The notes: generated by a model not told the origin, from the sequence alone. DNA of 64,000 nt from Lama guanicoe (GCA_013239625.1 MU053934.1:8763352-8827351), one strand, 5' to 3'. Shown: positions 1 to 11,654, counted from the first letter of the stretch. Numbers and translations are program-made.

Positions 1-164
1 TTTGTCTCAACCTGAAATCTAAAAGGTCCGCCCAATCCCTGCATGTCTGGGGAGCACCTACAGCACAACTGATGCCTCAGGCGTGGCCTTTGTTCTCCTG
101 AACTCAACATCTAGCAGGGAGACAAAACAGGCATGAAAAGTTGCATTAAAATTCAAGAGTTTTT

Positions 165-196
<32 letters not shown>

Positions 197-224
197 TATG
201 CAAGAGTTTTTTTTTAAGTAAGAA

Positions 225-650
225 AAAAATAGCTCAGTAGAAAAAGCAAAGACTTATGAGTAAATAGCTCCAGAAGAGGACGCTCAGGTGGCCAGTGCAC
301 GTAGAAAAGAGATGCTCAACTTCACTGATAATTAAGGAATCTGCAAAGATGTGACATTAATCCGAGTGCAGACTGCTTAGTCTGAAAGCACCAGAGAATG
401 TGGGGAACAGACACTGCAGGCCCGTAAACGGGCTCTGGGCAATGTGGGATCATGTCGCAGCTGCAGGTCTGAGTGCCCTCCAGTCCAGCAGTGCCACCCA
501 CGAGGAGAGTGCACCTGCTCCCAAGGGACATGAGAAGGACGGTGACTGCAGCGCCATTCCCACGCTCCCAAGAAAAGAGGTCTGACTCTCTGAGGTGCAG
601 TCCATCGCGTGGCGGAATACTGCAGAGCAGTTTGGACAAGTGGCCTGCGT
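225..650 (+). mobile_element. Old degenerate L1 (L1M-type) 3' region fragment; continues at ~1390-1450 after the LTR insertion
   Basis: Resembles the L1 ORF2 end/3' UTR (aaaagagatgctcaacttcactgataattaaggaatctgcaaa; ggaatactgcagagcag). It is interrupted by the LTR at 657-1383. Confidence 0.6.
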
Positions 651-656
651 CGCACG

Positions 657-1383
657 TGCGGGGAGCCACTCGTGACGGAGGGCTGCCGCGCACAAAACTT
701 GGGCGTAAAACCCCAAAGTGCAGGGCGCCAGGCTCTGAGATTGAGGCTGCCGAGCACAAAGGTTGGGCCTAAACTCCCACAGTGCGGGGCGCCCGGCTCA
801 AAGGTCAATTGAGTTAGAACAATCTCTGTCCCGCCACCCCTTTTACTAAAGAATACACCAGGTGCGCTAATGCCTAAGGCTATTAAGTCACAAAGGACTT
901 TCAGAGGGAGAGATACGATCGGCACACAAATCAGTGATCTTTTTAGAGAACAATCACCTGAGTTAAATATATACGAGTCACGATGTTAGTTTATAGTTAC
1001 GATGTTAAGTTTAGAGAAACAATACCTAAGTTTATGACTTTGGTCTTATGATCCTGTTTGGGGAATAGTTGATCCGGGTTTATGGGAACAGTAAACAATA
1101 ATGATGTCTTTTAAGTTAATGATTTTAGTACATGTTGTTAATATACCCTAAAACAATACCGTTGCCTACGTGCAGGAATGTATGAGCTAATGGGTCAAAA
1201 TCATATAAATGAACTGCTGAAAATAAACTCGAGGTCCACTCTTGACCTAGCGTCTTGCGGGCTAGAGTGAGACCCTCTCAACCCCAACTTGTCTTGTCTT
1301 GCTGTCTCTTTGTTACGTCTTTCCTTTTCTCAGTCCTGCAGCACAGGTTTCTGGACCTGATCGATTGTCGGCTGGCACCGACA
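657..1383 (+). mobile_element. Solo LTR of a class II (betaretrovirus/ERVK-like) endogenous retrovirus, 727 bp
   Basis: Begins TG (tgcggggagcc) and ends CA (ggctggcaccgaca). Perfect 6-bp TSD CGCACG at 651-656 and 1384-1389. TATAAA at 1204-1209 is closely followed by AATAAA at 1222-1227, then a T/GT-rich U5. Confidence 0.85.
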
Positions 1384-1499
1384 CGCACGCATCCCATGGA
1401 CGGTCCTCTGAGCAAGCTCAGTGAAGAACGCAAGTTACAGAATGATGGGTAACAGGGAGACACCACTTTTGCCCAGCGTAAAACACATACACAGTGAAT

Positions 1500-1585
1500 A
1501 TATTTTTTTCTGTTTTGTAGGTAAGTTCATTTGTGTCCTTTTTTTTTAATTGAAGTATAGTCAGTTCCAGTGTGTCAATTTCTTC
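1500..1585 (-). mobile_element. Short L1 3' UTR fragments (artiodactyl-type)
   Basis: ttttctgttttgtaggtaagttcatttgtgtc and tttaattgaagtatagtcag...gtgtcaatttct both match parts of the L1 3' end at 52784-53093. Confidence 0.6.
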
Positions 1586-1782
1586 AATGGCTATTGGGTG
1601 CATTTTGTGGATGCCTTCATTCGTAGCAGAGATACAAACAACCTGCCGGGGACTCTGTCAAGGGCAGAGGAGGAAAGGCGTGAGGGTAGAACTTTATGTC
1701 AATTATATTATTTTTCCTCAAAAGGCAGATAAATTAGAAAGAGGGCAGAGTGTCCACAGTGGGCGCTCCCTATGGGGGTATC

Positions 1783-1928
1783 TTTTTGTTATTTTTTTTG
1801 CCGGGGGCCGGAGGGAGGTAATTAGGTTTATTTACTTCTTTATTTATTTAGTGGAGGCACCGGGGACTGAACCCAGGCCCTCGTGGGAGCTAAGCACACG
1901 CGCCACCGCCGAGCTGTACCCTCCCCCC
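1783..1928 (-). mobile_element. tRNA-derived SINE (Vic-1-like)
   Basis: The reverse complement carries the tRNA-like A/B-box head and AT-rich tail. It is homologous to four other copies in the window. Confidence 0.85.
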
Positions 1929-2584
1929 ACTTCTGTTATTGTTCACGCTTTTCTGTACATTGTAAGAATTTCATAATGAAACACTTTTAAAATAAAGTAA
2001 ATAATTCTCCTGAAAAATGTGAGCAGTATAGTACTCCCCATTACAACAGCTGACAGGCTGAACAGGGCAGTGAGGGTCCTCTATTAAATAAATCCCCAGC
2101 ACAATGAGCGCGCTGTGTCGCTGAGTGGCTTGTGAACAGTGGCTTGAGTGGTGGGCTGGGAAGGCTTCAGATGGAAGAGGCCGGATCCAAGCTGCGTCAT
2201 GGAGAATGGTGTCCAGACTGCGTTCTTGGGAAGCAGACGCTGAGACGGAGGTTGGGGTGCAGGTGTTTACAAGGACCCACACGGGTGAAAGGAAGGGGCA
2301 GGTAGCAGCACTGGCAGCGGCAGCGGCAGCGCAGTGCAGGCCCCGCACGGCCACGGCCGGCCCAGCGACAGCACTGGAGCCACGCTGTCTGAGGTGATGG
2401 GGCCTTGTGCCTCCCCACTCACTCAGCCACCAAACGTAGGCTGCCTGGGAAAGGCCGTGACCTTGGCAAGGGGGCTCCGAGGGAGGGTGCTGACGCCGGG
2501 AGGCTGTCGACTGCACTCCTTGCACCGCCTGGTCTGCCTCCACGGCCTGTCCCACGCCCACCACACACAGGCTTTCTTAGAACA

Positions 2585-3390
2585 GACTTTCCTTTTTAGA
2601 GCAGTTTTAGGTTCGCAGTAAAATTGAGCAGAAAGTTCAGAGAGTTCCCACATACGCTGTGCCCACATACACACAACCTCCCGTTATCAACATCCGCCTC
2701 CAGGTGCGTTTGTTACAGTTAATGAATCTGCACTGACACATTGTTGTCTCCCAAAGTCCACAGTTGACATCACAGTTCACTCTTGGTGTTGGACATTCTG
2801 TGGGTTTGGACAAAATTATAATGGCATGTACCCACCATGACAGTATCACACAGAGCAGTTTCACTGCCCTAAAAATCCTCTGTGCTCCGTCTGTTCACCC
2901 CTCCCCGCCCCCAGTCCCTGGCAACCACTGTCTTCATAGTTTTGTCTTTTCCAGAATGTCATAGTTGGAATCATCCAGTGTGTAGCCTTTTCAGATTGGC
3001 TCCTCTCACTCGGTAAAATGCATTTAAGGTCCTTCCATGCCTTTTCACGGCTTGGTAGCTCATTTTTTTTAATCACTGAATAATATTCCATTGTCTGGAT
3101 GGACCACAGTTTATTTATCCATTCCCTGAATAACATTTTGGTTGTGTCCAAGTTTTGGTGATCATGGATAAAGCTGCTATAAACATCCATGTCCAGGTTT
3201 TGGTGTGGATGTAAGTTTTCAACTTATTTGGGTAAATACCAAGAGGCAAAGCTGCTGGGTCATATGGTTGAGTAGCTTTGTCAGAAACCACCAAACCGTC
3301 TTCCAAGGCGGTGGTACCATTCTGCACTCCCAACTGCTGTGAATGGGAGTTCCTGTTGCTCCACGCCCTCGCCAGCATTTGGTGTTGTCT
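2585..3390 (-). mobile_element. L1M (L1MB/MC-like) 3' end
   Basis: tttttagagcagttttaggttcgcagtaaaattgagcagaaag...aaagctgctataaacatccatg...ggtaccattctgcactccc is typical antisense L1 3' sequence. Minus-strand ORFs show L1 ORF2 C-terminal-like text (WMFIAALSMITKTWTQPKC). Confidence 0.85.
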
Positions 3391-4169
3391 CCCCTCCTGG
3401 TAGATCTCAAAAGAGCTCCAGGGCAGGGCTCTCTCATTGCAGGGGACATGGAGCAGCTCTCTGCATGGGACCACAGGATAGTGGCAGCTCTCTCCAAGGA
3501 AAATCCCAGCCAGCCTCCTCCTTCCTCCTCTGGTCTCTTTTTAACACCTTGATGGGTGGAAGGTCCAAGATTCATGGAAATAGTCCTTGAAATTGTCCTT
3601 GCAAATTCTGCAGAGTGAATCTGGCTTTAGGATGTCACATCTATTGTACCTTGGTGTTGCCCATGAAGAATCAAATTTAACAAACCGTTATGTCTAAACT
3701 CTGCAGTTACAGCCACCTTGCGTTACCCTGCAATTACATAAGAGAGAAAAATCTGGATCCAGATGCACCATCTTCCAATCTCACACCTGCAGAAGAAACA
3801 GAGGTGCCGGCAGCCCATCTGAACTGCTGCAGAGACACATAAATGGCAGAGAACTGCTGTGAGGTTTCTGGCTCCTCTGGACAAACAGGAAACCGATCAC
3901 CACATGGGTGCCCAGCTGTCTCGAATCCACGCCGCTCGCATTTCTCCCACAAACGTTACATGGGCCTTTCCTGACACTCGTTCCCCTGTGGAAACAGGGT
4001 TCTGTTTCTCTCGGTATGTGCCTCTTCCCACTCAAAGGCGGGACTGGTTGGTGGGGATACTCAACAGTCAGTAACTCGAAGATCTCCCTCGTTCTTGTAG
4101 CCCTCGTCTTAGTTCAGCATCCCCGAGAAGCAGCCCCTGCAGCAGAGACCCGAGCGCCCGCGGCTTACT

Positions 4170-4580
4170 AGGGGGCTGTCAGGTTCCTGCACCACAAGCT
4201 GGGGCGCGCTATCTCAACGGGAGTGGACTCTCTCCCAGGTCTGGGGGCCAGCGGGCCACGCTCCCCCTGGATGCCCTGGGGGAGGCTCTGTCCCATGCTT
4301 CTCCTTGGCCTCCAGTGTCCGCCAGCAGTCCTGGGTTCTCCTCAGCTGGCTGATGCGTCCCACCAGGCTCTGCCTCCATCTCCTCATCTGTGTCTCTCTG
4401 TGTCTCCTCCTTGTAAGGACATCGATCATATTGGATCAGGGCCCACCCTAATTCAGTGTGACCTCATCTTAACTTGATCATGTCGGCAAAGACCCTACTT
4501 CCAAATCAGGTTGCATTCACAGGTACTGAGAGTTAGGGGTTCCACATATCTTTCAGGGGCACACGATTCAACCCATAATA
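4170..4580 (-). mobile_element. MaLR LTR (MLT1-like)
   Basis: cttgtaaggacatcgatcatattggatcagggcccaccctaattcagtgtgacctcatcttaacttgat...ttccaaatcagg...attcaacccataata matches MLT1 motifs. Confidence 0.8.
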
Positions 4581-6009
4581 GGAGGTGATCCTGGGGAACT
4601 GAAATGAGGTAGGCTGGGATGTGAAGCAAGAAGGGAAAGAACCAATACAGAGTGTCATCACGCATGCTGCCCATGGGGGACCTGGCTCCATCCACAGGGG
4701 TGCTCTGGAAGACGGCACAGAACACATCTCAGAGTTAGTCCCCTGGGCTTCTCCACCTGCTCCCCGTCCAACATCAGGTGAGGGTGGTTTCTAGGGGATT
4801 AACTGTCTTGTACTTCTGACTTGGTTTGCCCAATGCCGAGGCCCAGTAAAGTCTCAGAGCCAGGAAAAAAGGCCTTGAACTCAAGTCTCAGGTGCTTGTG
4901 GTCAGTAGATCTCAGTGTGTAGAGACAAGGACTGAGGGAAGGGCAGGAAGCCAACAGCGTTGGCCACACACCGCGACAGACTCAGCTTAATTCTAATCAG
5001 TGAAAATCAGAACAAATATATGAGACATTCGATCCACTGAGGCTCCACCCAAGGTCTTTAATCCTTAACTATCAACTCAGATGTTAAATGTGGTCACTCA
5101 CATGGTGGGAAGGATACTGACGCAGTGAGGTCCCGGGACAGAAGCTAGGTGACCTGGGACAGAAGCTAGCAGATGGCACCCTCCATGGTTTTGTTGAGCT
5201 ACCACCTTAATCTCCTCTTGGGTTGGAAGAGTCAGTGCCCTGAATCAGGAGTTGGAAAGTGCGTACCAACCCTACCATCTGCCCTATTTTGTCCCTTGTG
5301 CCAGTGTGCAGTCAACATCCCTTTCCGGACACGCCGGGAAGAAAATGGGCCAGGCCCTGCCACACCTCATTTCAAAGACTGCCAGCCACTCTGCTAGTAG
5401 AATCAAATCCTCCTCTCAGCCCTCGCACATACAAAGCCCGAGGTGCTAGCACTGCACAGGAACTTGCTTCCTTCAGAAGTGATCAGAGCAAACCTACTCG
5501 CTAGGGGAAGGCAACAAAGCAGGGGAACGGGAGTCTAAATATCTCGGGCACTTCCCTTGAGACGTAATTAGTGCATCTTGGAAATCATTCATTTTTAGCT
5601 CTGTCATAATTCTCAGCAGCAGGTTAAGCTGCTGAGAATGAGGTAACAACTATTAATTAGTACCTAGATTCATCAAGTAATGATGAGAAGTAGAAAGAAA
5701 TTGGTCTGGGGACTGGAAAGTATAAGCCATTCCATACATCGATTCCTACCATAGTCGTATCAGTCTGGCTGCTGAGCGTAACGGCGATCAGCCTGCTGAC
5801 CAAGGGCCTGCCTGCTGCCCTGAGAGCCTGGCGTGCTGCTCCCGCTTGTACCGCTGGCAACAGGTACAAGACCGTGCTCTGCTGGGTGAAGGCTTCCCAA
5901 ACCAGCCCAGTCCAGAGCTGCTTCCCTGTTCTCTGAATTCTGAGACCCGCCACCTGTGAGTTCATCCTGTCTGGTCCTGGGACACAGCTTGTGCTGTTGC
6001 CTTCTATCA

Positions 6010-6137
6010 TTTTTTTTTTGAGGTGGGGGGAGGGGAATTTGGTTTATTTATTTATTTTTTTTAATGGAGGTACTGGGGATTGAACCCAGGACCTCATACC
6101 TGTTATGCGCACGCTCTACCACGAGCTACATCCTCCT
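6010..6137 (-). mobile_element. tRNA-derived SINE (Vic-1-like)
   Basis: aatggaggtactggggattgaacccaggacctc...gctctaccacgagcta. Flanked by a near-TSD, tctatcatt/tctgtcatt. Confidence 0.88.
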
Positions 6138-7489
6138 CATCTGTCATTGTTAGACTCAGACTGTTGCTTTACTTCTCCTGTCACTTTTACAGATTCCCAG
6201 CGAGAATACAAACGTGAGGGGAGAGACCACAGCCACTCCCTTTGTGTCCAGAATTGAGTCCTGGTATCAATGGAGTCACTCAACTTTAATTGAGAGATGT
6301 ATTACCTTCCCGCAGAAAAGACACTTATCAGCCACTGAGTGGGAACTTGTGGATCATGAGCTTCAGGTCATTCAGAACTGAGGCTTTGGAATAGCAACCT
6401 ACTGGTACAGGGACATGGAGGAGAGGGGGAGGAGGGACCCTCGAAACAATCTCAGGGTCACTGAGGCTGAAACCCTCCAGCGACTCAATGAGAGGGATTG
6501 TGGTGATGGAAGTGAGAGCTAGACTTTCCTTGTTTGAATTAAAAGTCTTCTTTCAAATAGTCATAAAACATTACTAGTCTCATTTGGACTCTACTGAAAG
6601 TAATTGCTTTGCCTTCATGTTCTAGCCATTTTTGATACAAGGAGAGGTCAACAGAGAAACCCTGGCTGATCTTGTCTGGGCCATGGAGACAAACTTGGGT
6701 GTGTGGACCTGGGTCTCTTCCATCAGGCAGTGTCTTAGAGAGACTGTTCATTCATTCATCCATCAAATGTGTACTGTGCCTTAACAATGGGCAAGGTATG
6801 GTGCTAGCCACTGTCTGGGGAAGGGTGGGGTCTAGTGAGTGGAAAGGAGGATGAACAGACAGATGAATCAAAGATCAGCTTAGAGATGAAACTGGCAAAT
6901 GAATAACTATGATTCTGCAGGGAATGATAAGAGGCCTAAGAAGTTCGGAGAAAGTTCTTGAAAGCACTGAGGAAATATGATGGTAACTGAAATACAAAGA
7001 CATTGTGTTGACTACCTCTGTCTCATGATTTCTAGCAGGAAAGTGTAGAAACTAGAGAATCCTCTGGAACCAGGTAAGTGTCCACCTCAATCATTGCATT
7101 CATTGCTTTAAATACATTGTATTTGTTCACTATGTGTCTGGATACATTGAATTTATATATATTATATTTGAATATATTCTATTTATCAATTTAAATGCAT
7201 TGTATTTATTGATTAAAGGGTCATGGTAAGCATAGATACTGTGGACATATCATGTAGAAGTTTCTGTTCCACGACAAATAAAATGACTTGAAGTGGTTGC
7301 AAATATGCTGGTGCTTAAATGGCCTAAGTGGTTCTTCTCCAGCAAGGAGGAGAGATATTTACACACTTTGGCTCAGGCATCCACCAAAGATGCAGTGTTA
7401 GACTGGGGGCAGGTCCCAGACAGAGTTTCCCGTGGCTCAGAGTGCGGCTCCGGAAGCCAACTGCAGCTCACACATGGCCTCATATGCTC

Positions 7490-7617
7490 ACCTGTGCCCC
7501 AGGCAATCTGCTCAACATCTCATGCTTCAGCTTCCTCACTCTCTTAGGTTGTTGTGAGGATTAAAAGAGCTCACATGTAGAGGTGGGGGGGGGCTGCACA
7601 AATGTTAACCAGCTGTT
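7490..7617 (+). mobile_element. MIR fragment
   Basis: ctcatgcttcagcttcctcactc...ggttgttgtgaggattaaa resembles the MIR core. Confidence 0.6.
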
Positions 7618-7806
7618 ATCATCATCATCGCCATCACCACCATCACCATCACCACCATCATCATCGCCACCACCACCATTATCACCATTATCACCATCAC
7701 CATTATCACCATCATTACCACCACCATCACCACCACCATCATCATCATATCACCACCATCACCGCCATCAACATCACCATCACCATCATCATCACCATCA
7801 TCATCA
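7618..7806. repeat. Imperfect (CAY)n trinucleotide repeat, ~190 bp
   Basis: A direct run of cat/cac triplets. It is the source of the spurious poly-His and poly-Pro/Ser ORFs. Confidence 0.97.
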
Positions 7807-8409
7807 GACCGTGGCAGACTCTGTCCTGATAGCTCCTAGCAGGAAGAACAGCAGGCAGGTAAAGAGGAGAAAAGCAGCCAGAAGCAGCCAATCCAAGCTG
7901 ATTTTTAAATGAGGATTTGGAGGTAATTTCCTGTAATCTTGAACAAGAGGTATGTGAGACCGTTCTTTCCTTTATCCAAAAGACAGCAAAGTCAGGCTGG
8001 CTGTCTTCAGTGTGGAGCAGGGGAAGGACGTTCAGGAAAAGACTCTGTGGTACTCCTCCTGAACGATCCAATCCGCGAAGCCAGCGATCAGGGAATTTCT
8101 TTTCCCAGCCTCTCTCACCCTCCTGTGGCCTACAGCTGACCTGTGCACCAGTGCTCAGCTGGTTGGGTCTGGCTTCAAAGCAGAGAGTTGACCGGATTTT
8201 TCTGGCAGAAAGTATGAGCTCTGATTGGCTTAGATTGGAAATCAGTGGGAAAAGAAAAAAGGAGGGCGGAATGTGACAGCAGTGTGAGTGGGAAAAAACA
8301 TTTTTGAGATAAAATCGAAAGTGCTGCTGCGGTCACCAAGAAAAATGGCCGATGAAAGCCACACCCATTTCTTTCTACGTTAAAGACTTTGCCATGCATT
8401 TAACTTGCA

Positions 8410-8854
8410 ATGATTGTTCAAAAATATTCAATGATGCTTGTCAAAGATAGTAGGGCAGACTTTATTCAGGACCATCACTATATGTACAGGGACCACTGCA
8501 GTGGGATTCTGCAGCCAAGGGATTTATTAGCCAAGGAACAGGCTGGAGTCAGTGGATAGAAAATTACTGGGAGGAAACGTCAGGGATAAGGGGGATTCTG
8601 GCCAAACCACCCAAACAGGATTCTTCCTGAAGACAGGCCAGGGAGACAGGACATCACCTGGGGGGAGGGGGCGGTGGAGGTGAGGAGCCGGATCAGATTA
8701 CCGTGGTGATCAGATATCAAGGATGGGGGAGGTCCTGGTTAAATTGATTCAGCAGGGAACTTGCCAAAACTAGGTTTTACAGGGTCCCCCAGGTGAGCCT
8801 AGGAGGAGGTTCAGGAGCCTGACTAAAGTTTGCTCAAACAAAGAATCTTTGTCA
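8410..8854 (-). mobile_element. ERV1-class LTR (MER31-like)
   Basis: The reverse strand starts TGACAAAGA...aactttagtcaggctcctgaa, resembling the recalled MER31 5' end. A minus-strand AATAAA (tttatt) lies near 8461. Confidence 0.65.
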
Positions 8855-9114
8855 TAATAAAAGTCTTCTTTTTAAAAAATGTAATATTAAGAGACACTAT
8901 GAGACAAACTCCATTTTACAACTGTAACCTACAAAAAAAGACAAGATAAATGAAAAAGATAAACCATAAAGAAAAGATACACTAGTTTTAAAAGTATCTT
9001 GAACTAAATTTGTTTAAAGGTGTAATATTAACCTGTGTGCTAGTTAAACAATTTTTTTGAAATTTTAAGCTTCAAACAAAATCTTTCAAGGATGGAAAAA
9101 TAGAAAAGAATGCA

Positions 9115-9410
9115 TAGAAATAAGCCAGACACAAAAGGACAAACATTGTATGACTCTATTTATATAGGTACCTATAATAGGCAAATTCATAGAGAAAGAA
9201 AGTTTAATAGAGGTTACCAGGGGCTGGGATGGGGGAGTCAGGAGTGAGTGTTTAACAGGTAGAGAGTTACTGTTTGGGCAGATTAAAAAGTTCTGGAAAG
9301 GAATGGTGGTCATGGTTGTACAATATTGTGAATGTACTTAATACCATGGCATTTGACACTTAAATGTGGTTCAAATGATCGTTTTTTGTTATATTTTGCC
9401 ACAATAAAAA
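9115..9410 (+). mobile_element. L1M 3' end fragment
   Basis: agccagacacaaaaggacaaacattgtatga...gaggttaccaggggctggg...ttttgccacaataaaaaa. Confidence 0.85.
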
Positions 9411-9599
9411 AATCGATTAAAAAATACCTAAGTGCAGGGCTGTTGAATACCATCACGCCATTTTGCACCCTTGGACTTGTGCAGCGCACAACCTGAATAT
9501 GGCGTCCCTGTCCAGACACTCTACTTCCTGATATAAAGTAACAGAACTTGTATTCATATTTTTTTCTTTAAGGCAAGACTCTCAGTTGACTTTCGTTTA

Positions 9600-9703
9600 A
9601 GAAAGAAAGAAGGAGAGAGAGAGAAAGAAATAAGGGAAGGAAGGAAGGGAGGATGGGCTGAGGGAAGGAAGGAAGGAGGGAAGGGAGGGAGGGAGGGAAA
9701 GAA
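9600..9703. repeat. Purine-rich simple repeat (GAAA/GGAA/GGGA)
   Basis: Direct observation. Confidence 0.9.
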
Positions 9704-9789
9704 AGTTCATCAGTGCACCAGAAAGAGCAATGGTTGCGTTCAGAGACATAACAAGTGTGAGGGAAGGCAAATCAGGGAAACTTTAGGCA

Positions 9790-10330
9790 GAGAAAATGGA
9801 AAAAAGTGGATGCAGCAGGTTGTGTTTGGGAAGTGGAGTCAACCAGAATTTTTCTGTTTACAGATGGGTTCTGAGAGAAAGGGAAGAATCAAAGATGACC
9901 TAAACTAGTGGGAGTGCCATCCACAGGGATGGGGGAGGCTAGGAGAGAAGCAGCTGGGAGACGGGGCTGGGTCAAGGGGAGCAGAAGTTGGGTTTTAGCA
10001 GAACCAGCTTTGAGAAGCCTTTAGACATCCACATGGAAATAATGAGAAGACAGATGGATATGAGTCTGGTGTTTCTGAAAAAGGTCAGGGAAGAACATAC
10101 ACATTTTTGAGTCGAAGTTAAAGGAATACACGAGATCACCTGTAGAGTGTAGATAAGAAAGGAGAACAGGGCCCCGGGGCACTCCAACACTGAGAGATCT
10201 GGCAGAGGAGGGGCAGCCCTGAGGCAGAAGGAGACCCAGACAAGTGCGGTATCTTGTAGCCTCCAGAGGGAAGTACTTCAAGGAGAGAACAGTCACCCAC
10301 AGGAGGGACGCCGAGAGACACGGTAACTCT
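9790..10330 (-). mobile_element. L2 LINE fragment
   Basis: tttgagaagcctttagacatccacatggaaataatgagaagacagatggatatgagtctgg matches the L2 3' region. Confidence 0.65.
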
Positions 10331-10539
10331 GGGTGAGGAAAACATACTTTCATTACTTGCATCCATGTTCTCCATAAAATATGAGGCAGCCATCCACTAA
10401 GTAGTGGCAGATTTGAGGACAGAAGTAAAGGTATAGAAGTCACCTAGTCGGGTATGAAAGTAAACTTCCTAGGGAAGAACAGCAGGATGTTCTGGCAGGT
10501 TTGAGTTCCATTCGAGAGCTGTGGTCCATAAAGGAAAAA

Positions 10540-11500
10540 GAAGTTCCGCCTCATTCCATGAGGCCATTATCACCAAGATATCAAAACCAGTCAGAGACAT
10601 CCCAAGAATAGAGAACTGTAGACCAATGTCTCTTATGAATATAATGCAAAAATCCTCAATAAAACACAGGCAAATTAAATCCAGAGATATAAAATGGATT
10701 ATGCACCATGACCAAAACGGAATTTATCCCAGGAATGCAATTTGCTTTAACATCTCAAAATCAATTAATACACCATATCAGTAGAGTAAAGGACGAAAAT
10801 AAAAAAAAAAAAACCCACATGATCATCTCAGTAAACACAGAAAAGGCATTTGACAAAATTCACCTTTTCATGAAAATGTTTGGCAAACTTAAGAATAGAA
10901 AGGAACTTCCTCAACTTGACGTCGCACTTCACGGTGCAAGGCTAAATCCCCCCGGGACTCCCCCAAGGCCGGGGACCAGACTGGGATGTCTGCTCTTCCT
11001 ACTTCCTTGCAACATTTAATAGAGGTTCCAGGCAGCGAAATTAGGCAATAAAAAGAAATAAAAGGCATTTGGATTCAAAATGAAAGGGCAAAACTATCTC
11101 TACTCACAGGCATGACCCTGTTTGTAAAAACTCCTAAGGAATCCACACAAATGATTAGAACTAATAAACAAGTTCAGCGAAGTTACAGGGAGCAAGGCCA
11201 GTGTGCAAAAGTCTACTGCGTGTGTATACGTTACTGACAGAAAACTGAAAATGAGACAAAAACAACTGCCTCTGTAATAGTGTCAGTGAGAATAAAGTAC
11301 TTGGGGAGAAATCCAACAAAAGATGTGTAAGACTTGTACCCTGAAAACCACAAAACACCGTGGGGAGAAATCAGAGAAGATTTAAATAAATGGGAAGACA
11401 GCCACGCGCACGGACTGGAAGACCTAATGGGGCTAGAATGGCAATGCCCCCCCGGACAGGTTCGGCGGAATCCCTGCACGACTCCAGCCGGTGCGGAGGA
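10540..11500 (+). mobile_element. L1 ORF2 reverse-transcriptase region, frameshifted remnant
   Basis: Translations FHEAIITKISKP...ENCRPMSLMN and HMIISVNTEKAFDKI correspond to L1 ORF2 FYEASITLIPKP...ENYRPISLMN and HMIISIDAEKAFDKI. GEIREDLNKWED also matches. Confidence 0.9.
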
Positions 11501-11654
11501 AGACAGGCGGCCGCGTGCCACAGCCGTCCGCCAACCCACGCGGGGAAGCGGCTGGCCCGCCGCTAGAGGAGAGCCACGCGAAGAGGACGCGCGCGGAGCA
11601 CAGGAGACGATTAGTAAGTGACCAGGGAATGAATGGACGAATGAAAGCTTTCCT

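Noticed and set aside
1971..2564. 197-aa minus-strand ORF with a poly-Ala run
   Set aside because: GC-rich sequence with few stops, a non-ATG start and no recognisable domain. The Ala run comes from a short GCA/GCG repeat.
5135..5169. Short direct repeat gggacagaagctag x2 as a CRISPR-like or array structure
   Set aside because: Only two copies, 21 bp apart. It is a trivial local duplication in eukaryotic DNA.
7583..7912. Poly-His and Pro/Ser-rich ORFs
   Set aside because: They are entirely explained by the (CAY)n simple repeat. No splice signals or gene context were found.
10521..11019. Reverse-transcriptase-like ORFs as a novel RT system
   Set aside because: These are ordinary frameshifted L1 ORF2 remnants.
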